Assembly (NCBI GenBank): GCA_963840855.1
Contig: CAWJBB010000030.1
Coordinates: forward strand, 64,001 to 128,000
DNA from: an uncultured delta proteobacterium
Lineage (GTDB): Bacteria; Desulfobacterota; Binatia; UBA9968
Direction of reading: 5' to 3'
DNA: 64,000 bases
Position numbers and translations under genes: made by a program. The notes beneath the pieces were generated by a model. The model did not search any database. It was given only the letters and a program-made list of their open reading frames with translations, and was not told the origin of the DNA. Positions 47,211 through 57,372 of the stretch are shown piece by piece (the first letter of the stretch is position 1; every line of letters begins with the position of its first letter).

Positions 47211-47940
47211 CGCGATCCCAGCGCCAACATGACAAATACTGAGGTTTCGCTCAATTCTCCGACGGCGCCGAAAATATCGCCGGTCACGCCCCCTAAACGG
47301 CGGTGAAAAAAGTTCTTGCTCACGATAGTGAAGACGGCGACCCAGACCATCATGGCGATGCCGACGCCATGCAAGACCGCCGCGACCAAAAGGAGGGCGA
47401 TCAAGGTTGCGAAGAGAAAATGTTTGGTGTCCAGGTGATCGATTAAGGTCGAACCCAGTCCCGGTTTTGCGGCGAGTGAGCGGTAACCCAACAGCACCAT
47501 CGCCCAACGGCCCAAAACCGGCGCTGCCAGGAGTCCACGCCAGCGATCGCCGCCGATGCTCTCGATGGCGTGGATTTTAAAAAACAGCAAAAGGACAATC
47601 GCGATCAGACCAAAGGTACCGATGTGACTGTCATCCATGACGCGGAGAATGCGTTCCCGGTCGCCGCCGGCGCCCAGGCCGTCAAAAGTATCGCCGAGGC
47701 CGTCCAGGTGAAGGCCGCGTGTCAGCAGGGCTAGCAAAGTTACCAGCGCCACGCTCGACAGCACTGGGCTTGCAAACGGCTCCAGCAAGACATTCACCAG
47801 CACTAGGATCAAGCCCAATAAGAAGCCAATGACGGGAAAGAAAATTACCGAGCGGTCCCACTTCGTCGAGCCGAGCGCTCCATGCGCTTCGGCCAGGGAA
47901 AGATGGTCAAAAACTGAAGCGCCGCGAAAAAGGAATTCAC
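47207..47940 (-). CDS. cobS: Adenosylcobinamide-GDP ribazoletransferase; 1-2 frameshifts near 47855-47870
   Basis: ALQFLTIFP, FPVIG, TRGLHLDGLGDTFDG, MDDSHIG.FG, GGVTGDIFGA..E. Confidence 0.9.
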
Positions 47941-48992
47941 GTAGTCTTTTCCTTCACGCCAGCGGATGCGAAGGTGGCCATTTCGCCCATGATCTTCACC
48001 GCTGTTTCGATCAAGCCCATGAGCAAACAAGCGCCGGTTCCCTCGCCGAGGCGCATCGCCAAATCCAAGAGAGGCGCGAGCTTGAGATCGTCCAGTATTA
48101 AGCCGTGACCGCTTTCCGCTGAAAGGTGGGAGGCGAAGAGGACGTCCCGAACGTAGGGACAAAATCGTTGCGCGAGAAGCGCCGCGGCGCCGGAGATAAA
48201 ACCATCCAGCACCATCGGCATGCGAAACGCGGCCGCGCCTAAAATCACTCCGGTGATGGCGCCGATTTCCAAGCCGCCGACTTTGGCGAGAACGTCCAGG
48301 GGATCATTGGCGTCGGGCCGGTTTAGATCGAGCCCTTTTTCGACGGCGGCGATCTTTCTATCCAGAGTCGCGTCGTCGATGCCCGTGCCCCGGCCGACAG
48401 CGGCGGCGGGCGCGGCGCCTGTCAAAGCGCAAAGTATGGCCGCCGCGCTGCTGGTATTACCGATGCCCATGTCACCGGCGCCGAGCAGAAAGATATTTCC
48501 GGGGGCCGCTTCTCGGGCGAGTTGAATACCCAACTCTACCGAGCGTTCGGCCTCATGGCGCGTCATCGCCGGTCCACGGGCGAAGTTTGCCGTGCCGCGA
48601 CGCACCTTGCAGTTGCGCAAACCGCGCAGTTCGCCGAATTCGTAGTCCACGCCGACATCCACGACTTCCGTGTCGACACCGTAGTGGCGCGCCATAACGT
48701 TGATCGCAGCTCCTCCGTTAATAAGATTGTGGGTCATCTGGGCTGTGACCTCTTTAGGGTATGCGCTGACGCCTTCCTGCGCGATGCCGTGGTCCGCCGC
48801 AAAGACGAACAAAAGTTTCCGCCCAAGCCGCGGCGGAACTTTTCCCTGAATGACGGCAACGCGGCGCGCCAGCTCTTCCAATTTTCCCAGGCTTCCATGC
48901 GGCTTGGTCAGGGAGTCCAAGCGCTCTTGCGCGGCGGACTCGCTGGAGCGATCCAACGGCTTAATATGCTTCAAGGTCTCGCTCAGGGTCAT
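47937..48992 (-). CDS. cobT: Nicotinate-nucleotide--dimethylbenzimidazole phosphoribosyltransferase
   Basis: LTKPHGSLGKLE, FAADHG, GVSAYP, GDMGIGNT, GRGTG, VGGLEI, LDGFI, MRLGEGTG, MATF. Confidence 0.96.
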   Translation of the reverse strand: MTLSETLKHIKPLDRSSESAAQERLDSLTKPHGSLGKLEELARRVAVIQGKVPPRLGRKLLFVFAADHGIAQEGVSAYPKEVTAQMTHNLINGGAAINVMARHYGVDTEVVDVGVDYEFGELRGLRNCKVRRGTANFARGPAMTRHEAERSVELGIQLAREAAPGNIFLLGAGDMGIGNTSSAAAILCALTGAAPAAAVGRGTGIDDATLDRKIAAVEKGLDLNRPDANDPLDVLAKVGGLEIGAITGVILGAAAFRMPMVLDGFISGAAALLAQRFCPYVRDVLFASHLSAESGHGLILDDLKLAPLLDLAMRLGEGTGACLLMGLIETAVKIMGEMATFASAGVKEKTT

Positions 48993-49519
48993 CCAATTTC
49001 CTTCTTGACGATCATCGGAACGCCGGCAACCGTGAGGACGACTTCATTCGCCGCTGCGGCGAACTGCTGATTGGCCCAACCCGTCAGGTCGCGAAACTGA
49101 CGCGCCAGCATATTATCCGGCACGATGCCCCAGCCGACCTCGTTGGTGACCAAAACGAGGTGAAAATCCAACTGCGGCAATGTTTCAATCAGCTCTTCAA
49201 CTTTCCGGACGGCATATTTCCCGTCTCGCCGCAGCAGGAGGTTGCTAAGCCAAAGGGTCAGGCAATCTACCAGGGTGCAATCGGTTCGACCGCGCTGCGC
49301 CAGAAGCGCTTCGGCCAATTCAAAAGGTTCTTCAATAGTCGCCCACTCCTTGCCGCGCCTGCTTTTGTGTTCGCTGATACGTCGGGTCATTTCTTCGTCT
49401 TTGGGTTCTGCAGTGGCGACGTAGAGGCGGCGGGAACCTAATGCTGCGGCACGTTGTTCGGCGTAGATACTTTTTCCCGAGCGCGCGCCGCCGGTGATCA
49501 ATATAATCTGCGTGGCCAT
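48989..49519 (-). CDS. cobU: Bifunctional adenosylcobinamide kinase / cobinamide-phosphate guanylyltransferase
   Basis: ITGGARSGKS, YVATA, EM..RI..H..RR, VDCLTLWLSN, VTNEVGWGIVP, FRDL.G..NQ; ATG 49519. Confidence 0.95.
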   Translation of the reverse strand: MATQIILITGGARSGKSIYAEQRAAALGSRRLYVATAEPKDEEMTRRISEHKSRRGKEWATIEEPFELAEALLAQRGRTDCTLVDCLTLWLSNLLLRRDGKYAVRKVEELIETLPQLDFHLVLVTNEVGWGIVPDNMLARQFRDLTGWANQQFAAAANEVVLTVAGVPMIVKKEIG

Positions 49520-49523
49520 CACA

Positions 49524-50681
49524 CTATCCGCCGCATGACGCCCGCCATTCCTTAAGTGCCGTGAGCAGCCGGCGGTTGTCTCTTCGCCGTCGCACCGCGA
49601 CGCGAAAATACGCGCGGCCGAGACCGGCAAAGGAATCGCAGGCGCGGATGAGTATCTTCTTGCCCAGGAGAAAAGAGCGGAGCTGCAACGCGTCACCACT
49701 GGACTTGCCGATTTTGACGAGCAAAAAATTGGTTTGCGACGGCATGGGATGAAATCCGTCGAGCGCCGCCAGGTGTTTCGATATAAACGCCCGCTCCTTT
49801 GCTAGCCAGTGGTCTGTCTGGGTCGTGAACCGCGCGTCCTTGAGGCACGCTACTGCCACGTTCAGAGCCGGGGCGTTGACGGACCAGGGCTCCTGATAGG
49901 CGGCAAGCTGCGCGATTCGGCGCGTTTCGCCGAGAAGATAGCCGAGACGAAGACCCGGCAAGGCGTAGTACTTGGTAAGGGAACGCAATACGAGCAGATA
50001 GGGATTTTGTCGAACCAACGCTTTGATGGATTCATTCTCGACAAAGTCGATGAACGCCTCGTCGACGACAATCAAACTCTTTTTAGCAAAGGCGGCATGA
50101 GCGATTTTTTCCATTGCCGTTTTCGGAACCAACTGGCCGGTCACGCTGTTGGGCGTGGCGAGAAAGACGATGTTGCAATCTTTTTCCCATGCCGCCATGA
50201 ACCGATCCATCGAAAACAGAAAGCCTTCGTCGGCTGTGAGAGAAAGATCGCGGATGCTCGCGCCGGCAAGCGCCAGCGCATTGGCGTATTCGGAAAATGC
50301 CGGACCGACGACTAACGCTTTGCGCGGCCGCAGAGCCGCGCACAACAGATAGATGAGCTGCGTCGAGCCGTTGCCGACCAAGATCTCCGCGGGTTTCATC
50401 TCATGGTGCTTTGCCAAAGCCTCTTTTAGATGCTCTCCGTAAGGATCGGGATAGCGCAGGGCTTCGCCATAGCTCTTAATGAAAACTTTGCGCGCCGCCG
50501 CCGGCGGGCCTAATGGGTTGATGCTGGCGCTGAAATCGATAATTTCGCCGGCTTCGATGCCGGCGCTCCGCGCCCAGCGATCGACATCGCCGCCGTGTTC
50601 TCGATCGAGCCGCGGCGCTAGGCGCGCGCCGCCGACAACAGCGCAAAAGTCACGAGCGAGAGAATCACCGTGACCAGACAT
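49524..50681 (-). CDS. cobD: L-threonine-O-3-phosphate decarboxylase (start uncertain)
   Basis: HGGD, DFSASINPLGP, YPDP, GNGS, DEAFIDF, RSLTKYYALPGLRLGY, IRAC..F.GL. Confidence 0.92.
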   Translation of the reverse strand: MSGHGDSLARDFCAVVGGARLAPRLDREHGGDVDRWARSAGIEAGEIIDFSASINPLGPPAAARKVFIKSYGEALRYPDPYGEHLKEALAKHHEMKPAEILVGNGSTQLIYLLCAALRPRKALVVGPAFSEYANALALAGASIRDLSLTADEGFLFSMDRFMAAWEKDCNIVFLATPNSVTGQLVPKTAMEKIAHAAFAKKSLIVVDEAFIDFVENESIKALVRQNPYLLVLRSLTKYYALPGLRLGYLLGETRRIAQLAAYQEPWSVNAPALNVAVACLKDARFTTQTDHWLAKERAFISKHLAALDGFHPMPSQTNFLLVKIGKSSGDALQLRSFLLGKKILIRACDSFAGLGRAYFRVAVRRRRDNRRLLTALKEWRASCGG

Positions 50682-51586
50682 AACGCGCGTCCCTCCTTCA
50701 ACATCTCGATTCTAACCGGTGTCAAGTCGTCGCCCATATAAGGCTTATTGATCTCGTTGCCGAAGTAAATGCTTGGACCACCGAGCCGGATGCCGAAGGC
50801 GCCGGCCAGCGCCGCCTCGGGATAGCCGGCGTTGGGACTCAAGTGGTTGGCGTGATCACGCCATAGGGTGCGTAAGGCGCGCAATGGATCCAGACGCAGC
50901 GCCAGCGCCGCGCCAACGATGAACAGAGCGGTCAAACGCGCGGGGACGAAATTTAGCACATCGTCCAGGCGCGCGGCAAACTTGCCAAAGTAAAGATACC
51001 GTTCGGTGCGATAGCCAATCATGGAGTCAAGCGTGCTGGCTGCTTTGTAAGCCATCGCCAACGGCACGCCACCGAGGAAAAGATAAAAAAGCGGCGCCAC
51101 GACGCCGTCGCAGGTGCTCTCGGCCAAGGATTCCAAGCCGGCGCGCAGCACTTTGTCTTGATTCAAGCGGGAAGTCTCGCGGCCGACGATATGCGACAAT
51201 TGCCGGCGCGCCTCGGGCAGGTTTGCCGCGCGCAGAGGCGCTTCGATGAGTTTTACGGCGTCGAGCAGTCCGCGTGTTGCCAGAGTTGCAGAAGCCAGCG
51301 CCGCGGTGGCGGTGAATGAAAGCCATGGAGGCAGTGAGTTAAACAGAGCAACTAGCCCCAACGTTACCGCTGCTGATAGCGTAACTAAGAAGAGCGATAG
51401 CGTCATGCCCGCCAGAAAATCGCGGCGGGCGTTGCCGCTTCGCAAAAGCCGTTCGCCATGAGCGATAACTTTGCCCATCAAGACCACGGGATGGGGCAGC
51501 CAGCGCGGATCGCCGACGGCGAGATCCAAAACGAAGGCACCGATCAACAGCGCCGCCGAGGAGTTTAGGAGATATTGCCAGTCCAT
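50618..51586 (-). CDS. cbiB: Adenosylcobinamide-phosphate synthase
   Basis: GDPRWLPHPV, IVGRET, ESLAESTCDGVVAPLFY, TLDSMIGY, FGKFAARLDD, SPNAGYPEAA, LGGP. Confidence 0.95.
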   Translation of the reverse strand: MDWQYLLNSSAALLIGAFVLDLAVGDPRWLPHPVVLMGKVIAHGERLLRSGNARRDFLAGMTLSLFLVTLSAAVTLGLVALFNSLPPWLSFTATAALASATLATRGLLDAVKLIEAPLRAANLPEARRQLSHIVGRETSRLNQDKVLRAGLESLAESTCDGVVAPLFYLFLGGVPLAMAYKAASTLDSMIGYRTERYLYFGKFAARLDDVLNFVPARLTALFIVGAALALRLDPLRALRTLWRDHANHLSPNAGYPEAALAGAFGIRLGGPSIYFGNEINKPYMGDDLTPVRIEMLKEGRALCLVTVILSLVTFALLSAARA

Positions 51587-51628
51587 GGATAATCTTCAAT
51601 CGGAGGCAACGCCGCTAGTCGTTGTACC

Positions 51629-52297
51629 TTACAGAAGTCCCTTTTTCACGGCGCTGTATGCCGCCATGCCAATCAGCTCGCCCAGCTGAGTGTGCTTACC
51701 GCAATAGCGCACAGGATTGCCGCCGAGCGAAACCACAGCGATACAATCGGTGCCCGTGCCGGTGGCAAGCAGACCGGATCGGCAACTCTTGATGCCTTTC
51801 TCGTAGAGCGCCCGCACGCGTCCCTCCGTGGCGATCTGTACCGCTTCCACCATGGCTTCATCCGCAAGTCCCGGTTGAACCGTCAATATCATATTGATGG
51901 TATGAAGCGCTGGCGCCGGTTCCTCAAGCATCATAGAGGCCGGGTCTCCCACGGAAAGAGCGTTGCCGCAACCCACCGTAGTAAAGCAGTTGACCCGTGC
52001 CGCGCCACCGATCATTGAAACTTGGACCGTATGCCTCATCTCCACGGCGGTGGCCATCGCGACGATTTTTCCTCGAAGTCCTAATTCAGCAGCCGCGCGC
52101 TCGAGCCATGGACCGGGTTGGGCGCAGAACAAGGGATTCTTGCCGTCCACGTGGTGATTGATGACGTGGCGGGCGTGACAGAATCCGCCGTTTAAAACCG
52201 CCCAGCTCAAAGTGCGCACAGGCGAAGCGAAACTCACAATCAGGGATTCCTGCTCCTGGCGAACACTAAACGATGAATTCATAGTCGACGCTTCCAT
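51629..52297 (-). CDS. cbiZ: Adenosylcobinamide amidohydrolase
   Basis: LSWAVLNGG, MATA, TVG.GNA, TIN, ATE, ATGTGTDC, YCGKHT.LGELIG. Confidence 0.88.
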   Translation of the reverse strand: MEASTMNSSFSVRQEQESLIVSFASPVRTLSWAVLNGGFCHARHVINHHVDGKNPLFCAQPGPWLERAAAELGLRGKIVAMATAVEMRHTVQVSMIGGAARVNCFTTVGCGNALSVGDPASMMLEEPAPALHTINMILTVQPGLADEAMVEAVQIATEGRVRALYEKGIKSCRSGLLATGTGTDCIAVVSLGGNPVRYCGKHTQLGELIGMAAYSAVKKGLL

Positions 52298-52416
52298 TGC
52301 CGCGATTATGCAGAACCTCTACACGCGGCGACGAAACCTCGGGCAAACTCGGGGTTCGAGCCGGCAACGACGAATGCGGGCAAAGGTCGCATGGTCCTTG
52401 CTGCTTATGATTCAGT

Positions 52417-53983
52417 CTACCGTTCCGGTAGCGCGGTAATCCAACTCCGGATTAGATCGATATCCAGCGATTTTCTGAGATGATCCGCCAGGCGGTCGAT
52501 GCGCGCTTCGTGTTCTGCCGCGACATTAACCCAGGTTTCGGCGGGAGCGAGATCCACGGCCCTGCGCGCGGCTGCAAGAAACGAATGGCGAAAGTCGTCG
52601 TTGTCGAAGAAGCCGTGCACGTAGGTGCCCAGCACGCGGCCTGATGCGCTCACGGCACCATCTGGAACGGAGCCGGGAATTCCTTGGCGCACAATATCCG
52701 CAACAGGGCGAGATCCCGGCTCATAGAAAGTTTCGCCTACGTGGATTTCATAGCCTTGGAAACGGATTTCCGGACGGGGGCTGAGGCCAAGAAATTCCGA
52801 TCGCAGGGAACCTTGGACGCGACGCACGGTCTTCTCGGCATGCAATACGGTTCGCACAGGCAGGAAGCCGAGTCCCTTTCGGCTCGACGGTTCTCCTTGG
52901 TTCTCGATCCCATGGGGATCTTCGATGGAACTGCCAAGCATCTGAAAACCGCCGCAGATACCGATGAGGGGAATGCCGCTGTCACAGAGCTGGCGAAGCC
53001 TCCAGGCAAAACCTCGACGGTCAAGCCATTCCAGATCGTCAAGCGGTTTGCTTGCTGCCGGGCAAGACGAGTAGATCGGCTGCGGCCATTTCCTCGGGGT
53101 GTTCGAGAAAGGCAAGGGACACCGACGGCTCCAAAGCCAGACCATCGAAGTCAGTGAAATTCGCCATATGCGGTAGAACGATGACCCCGATGCGAAGTCG
53201 CCGCGCCGGCCCGATTTCGCGAATTTTCCAGCGGCGTGCCGCTGAAGGGCGGTCTTCCAAGGCAACGCCGTCCTCTTCATCGAGACCGAGATCGGGAAGA
53301 TAGGGCACGATGCCGACGCAAGGCAAGCCGAGGCGCTGCTCGATGGTCGCGATGCCCGGCCGCAAGAGCGACTCATCGCCGCGAAATTTATTGATCACAA
53401 AGCCGCGGATACGGGCGCGATCTTCGGGCTCGAGCAGCTCCAGGGTGCCCAACAGCGAAGCGAAAACTCCACCGCGGTCAATGTCTCCGACCAGCAAGCA
53501 AGCGGCATCGGCGGCATGGGCCATGCGCATGTTCACAATATCGTGCTCCCGCAGGTTTATCTCCGCCGGCGAGCCAGCGCCCTCGAGCACCATTAGATCG
53601 TGACGCGCCGCGAGGCGCTTATATGCCTCGAGTACCTCGGGAAAGAGCTGCTCGACCCTTCGCGTATGATAATCCGCCGCCGTGACTTGCCCCCAAATCT
53701 TTCCCAACAGGATCACCTGCGCACCGGTGTCGGTGGAAGGCTTGAGCAGGACGGGATTCATCTCCACGCACGGAACGGCCCGACATGCTTCTGCTTGCAG
53801 CGCCTGCGCCCGGCCGATCTCGCCTCCGTCCGGCGTCGCGGCGGAATTGAGCGACATATTCTGCGCCTTGAAAGGCGCGACGCGATAGCCAGCATCGGCA
53901 AAGACACGGCCGAGACCCGCGGTGAGAATCGACTTTCCGACGTGTGACCCGGTTCCGAGGATCATCAGTGCTCGATTGCTCAT
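52417..53983 (-). CDS. cobQ: Cobyric acid synthase; +1 frameshift near 53043
   Basis: GTGSHVGKS, APFKAQNMSLNS, MNPVLLKP, EGAGSPAEINL, DIDRGGVFA, NFTDFD, LPGSK, then GICGGFQMLG, GYEIH.G, GTYVHG.F. Confidence 0.95.
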
Positions 53984-54056
53984 CTACTCTTTCTCTTTAC
54001 CAACTATGATCACCGGCCCACGATCGTCGTGCGCAGCAACTACTTTGTGGCCGCGG

Positions 54057-54584
54057 CTACGAATCGACGCTCCAACGCGATTCTAACAGCCGTCCCAACA
54101 GCCACAACAGATCCGCCAAACGATTGAAGTAGTGGGGGATAAAGTTGTCGTTTGATTCGCCTTCATCTATTAGCCTTCTGGCGCCTCGCTCGGCGCGACG
54201 GCTGATGGTTCGAGCGATGTCCAGAGCCGCCGCCGCCGGTAATTCCCAAAACAATGACCCGTCGCGAAGGACACCAGGCACGCACTTGACGCGATGGATT
54301 TCTGCTTCCAGGGCGTCCATCAGCGCCGGGGAGATTTTCCTTGCCAGCTTTTTCGCTCCAGGCGGCGCGGCGACGACCGCCCCGACTCTATATAGATGCA
54401 GTTGCAATGCCTTGATGCGTTCGCGCACTTCCCTATCCGGGCAGATAGAGCGGGCAAAGCCCATCTGCGAGATCAATTCGTCAATGGCGCCGCAGCAGCG
54501 GTTTCGCCGTCGTCTCTCGGAGTCACGGGCAGATGGCTTCAAGTAGTTGCGGATGCTGCTACGGCTTTTAACCGTTATGCTCAC
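54057..54584 (-). CDS. PduO-type cob(I)alamin adenosyltransferase-like protein, degenerate
   Basis: G.IDELIS.MG, LQ..L..VG, ARTISRRAER, YFNRLADLLW; the N-terminal T.TGD.G motif is absent. Confidence 0.7.
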   Translation of the reverse strand: MSITVKSRSSIRNYLKPSARDSERRRRNRCCGAIDELISQMGFARSICPDREVRERIKALQLHLYRVGAVVAAPPGAKKLARKISPALMDALEAEIHRVKCVPGVLRDGSLFWELPAAAALDIARTISRRAERGARRLIDEGESNDNFIPHYFNRLADLLWLLGRLLESRWSVDS

Positions 54585-54722
54585 AGATTTCTCCGGCCGT
54601 CGTTGCGTTAGCTGCCGCGAACTTTACAAACGGTTTCCTGGGTCAGACAGACGATGCGCTTTGGCGGCACGATCGGTTCGGAAAACCGTGAAAGTGTATT
54701 CACGCTCATCGTTTAAATCCCG

Positions 54723-55037
54723 CTATAATGACTTGCACGCCGAGTTAAGATACAGCCATTTAACCCAATCGCCTTTTTTGACGAGATATCGTTCAGCGGG
54801 AACATTGGAGCGATAGCCGTTGACTTCGAAATGCCAACCGCGGTCGCGCGCAAAATCGTTCTTAATGCCGTCAATCTCCTCGACAAAGTGCTCCATGCCG
54901 TATTTTGGCGACGTCCTTACGGGAACCGATATCATCAAGGCTTCAAGCACCGTGCTCTTTTCAGGAACGGTGACGGTCTTTTCGATCGGCCGCTGGTCTG
55001 CAGGTCCAAAATCGACGGTCACCGTAACTGCGATCAT
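54723..55037 (-). CDS. DUF4430 / transcobalamin C-terminal-like domain protein
   Basis: TVLEAL, FVEEIDG, W.F.VNG, A..Y.VK.GD.V.W.Y; GAGGA RBS. Confidence 0.8.
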   Translation of the reverse strand: MIAVTVTVDFGPADQRPIEKTVTVPEKSTVLEALMISVPVRTSPKYGMEHFVEEIDGIKNDFARDRGWHFEVNGYRSNVPAERYLVKKGDWVKWLYLNSACKSL

Positions 55038-55078
55038 CTGTTCCTCAAAGGTTTTTCGTCCGTACGGTTAGGTGAAAG

Positions 55079-56997
55079 TCAACCGCCAAAAGTAGCGCGA
55101 AAGCCGAGCAAAAAGTTTAGCGGCGGGGCGCGAAAACCGTTCGCTTGATCGTAATTTTTGTTGAACAAGTTCTGGATTCTGCCGATCAGGCTTAGTTCCT
55201 TGACAAGGGGCATACGCCACGGAAGCTTGTAGGATGATGCGAGGTCGACAGTGCCATATCCTGCCTCGACCGTGTCGCCAAACGGCGAGGCGGCACGAAA
55301 ATCGTCACGGCGCCCAACGATGTTGACGATGAGATTTACGTTCAAAGCATCCTGCAGATAGTTCAGGATCACGTTGCCGCTATTGTGCGGCCGGCGCCGT
55401 AGCGTCCCATCGGCGGTATCCCAGTCGAGATAGGTGTAATTGGCGTTCAAGGTGAGCCCCTCGAAGAGTTTTATTCCCAAAGTCAATTCCACGCCGTCAA
55501 ACCGGGCGCGCCCCACGTTCTCGGCGCGGAAGCAACCCAATGGGTCCCCGGGGATGGGACTTGCTTCGATCAGGTCTTTCACCTCGCGATGGAAATAGTT
55601 TCCACCTATTTTGATCCGCTCAGCAAGGAGATTCTGCTCGACGCCGAAGTTTATTTCCCAACTTCTCTCGGGACCGAGGTCTGGATTACCGAAAGCGGGG
55701 CAACCGAAGGCCGGAGGGAAGAACAGCTCGTTCAAGTTCGGCGCTCTAAAGCCTTTGGCATAGCCTCCTTTCAATTTGGTGCCGATTTCCTTGAATAAGA
55801 TAGGCGGCCGAGAACGAAGGCGTCCAGGCGGTGCCGAACTCTTGATTATCGTCCAGACGAATTCCCGGGAATCGCGATCAGCCGGCGGTCAAAAAACTGA
55901 AATTGTTGTTGCAGGTAGTAGCCGACATTGCCGATGGCTTCATCGATTCCACCGCTGGTGCTGGCCGATCTGCCGATTGTATTGGGTGCCGAATGTTGTT
56001 GTGCCCCAGTCCTCAAAGCGGTAGTTGGTTTGAAATTCGCCGGTATATGGTGAGCGGGCGAAAACGGTCAGTGGTCGGCGAATCGCAGGGGAAGCCGAAA
56101 AAGACGCAGGCGTCGACGTCGTCGCTGAACTTGTCGTTTTCTTTGAACATCGATCCCGAGATGCGGTAATCCCAGTTGCGGAATATTTTCTGCTCCCATT
56201 CGAGTTTGGTCACGTATTGGGTAGTCGCTTGACGAGCGTTGGGATCGGGCTGGGATGCGAAGTTGTTGTTATTGAATAAGCCCGCATCGCTCTTGATGAA
56301 ATGAAAGATTCCCTTGAGGCTGGCATTCTCAGTCACTTGATAGTCCAGCCGCGCCGACGTCGAGAGGTTGCGATAATCGTCATTGACACTGCGAAAGCCG
56401 TCGCTCGCCAAGTGGCCTAAGCTGAAGGAATAGCCGAGGTCTCCTAAACCCCCTCTGACGGTCGCAACTTGGCGGTTCGTCCAGCCATTGCCGCCCTGGG
56501 CGGAGACGCCCACATTCAACGGTCCCTGGCCTCTTTTGGTGAAGATATTGATCACGCCGCCGATAGCTTGAGAGCCGTAAAGAGTCCCACCGGCGCCGCG
56601 GAGGATTTCGATGCGCTCGATGCTTTCGGTCGTCAGGTTAGCGAAGTCAAAGGCACCCGTGAGTCGTGCTGTTGATTTCGACGCCGTCGATCAAAACCAG
56701 CACCTGATTTGGTGCGGAGCCGCGGATGAAAACAAAAGTCTCCGTGCCCATGGACCCCGTTTGAACGACATTGACGCCCGCGACGTCGCGCAGGACCTCC
56801 GATACCAGTTCGGCTTGCCGCTCGCGAATGTCTTCAGCGGTGATTACGGTCAAAGAAGTTGTCAGCTGATTGAGAGGAACTTCCGTGCGTGTGGCCGTCA
56901 CGACGACTGGAGGAAGGCTTTCTGTTGGCGCAGGCTCGGCGGCCCAAGAAAAGTTTGAAAACAAGATAAAAAACAGAAAAACACGGAAGAAAACCAT
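55079..56997 (-). CDS. btuB: TonB-dependent cobalamin receptor (BtuB-like); about 6 frameshifts between 55790 and 56660
   Basis: Signal peptide, PVVVTATRTE, IRG, VLVLIDG, IERIEILRG, GGVINIFT, GFRAPNLNEL, GNPDLGPE, NLFNKNY, C-terminal F; downstream of a B12 riboswitch. Confidence 0.88.
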
Positions 56998-57044
56998 AAA
57001 ATATCTCCTTTTCCCGCGAAAGGGGAATTATTGAGAGCGGATCG

Positions 57045-57360
57045 GAGAGGTCTCCTGGCTCGAGCATCGAACCTACTTACCGCGCCTTCCCATTCGTCGA
57101 TTTGGGCTCAGAATAGTGCCGATTTTGGATTGAACCAAATTCAAAAACCCAATTGACAGATGCAGTTGGAGCAGTGGCTGTTATTTGCGGCTTTCGTAGC
57201 TCTTACAGTTGCGGGGCAGCAGGGGAATTCCCCGGAAAGGCTAAAGGACAAGGGATAAAGGATCGAGTTAATCTTTCATCCATTTTGCCTTCATCCTTCA
57301 CGAAGTCACCCCTTTCCCTCATTCGTCCGAGGTTGATAATACTTGCTTCGTTACCCTCCT
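57045..57360 (-). ncRNA. Cobalamin riboswitch upstream of btuB, with a 76-nt insertion
   Basis: GAGGGAAAGGGGTG [insert] GAATTCCCCT GCTGCCCCGCAACTGTAA ... GCCACTG ... TGGGAAGG ... GAGCCAGGAGACCT. Confidence 0.85.
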
Positions 57361-57372
57361 GAATGTTCACTG

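Noticed and set aside
53039-53050. Selenocysteine or programmed frameshift at the cobQ TGA
   Set aside because: Homology continues in a different frame, there is no slippery heptamer or SECIS, and the pattern matches the other +1 insertions.
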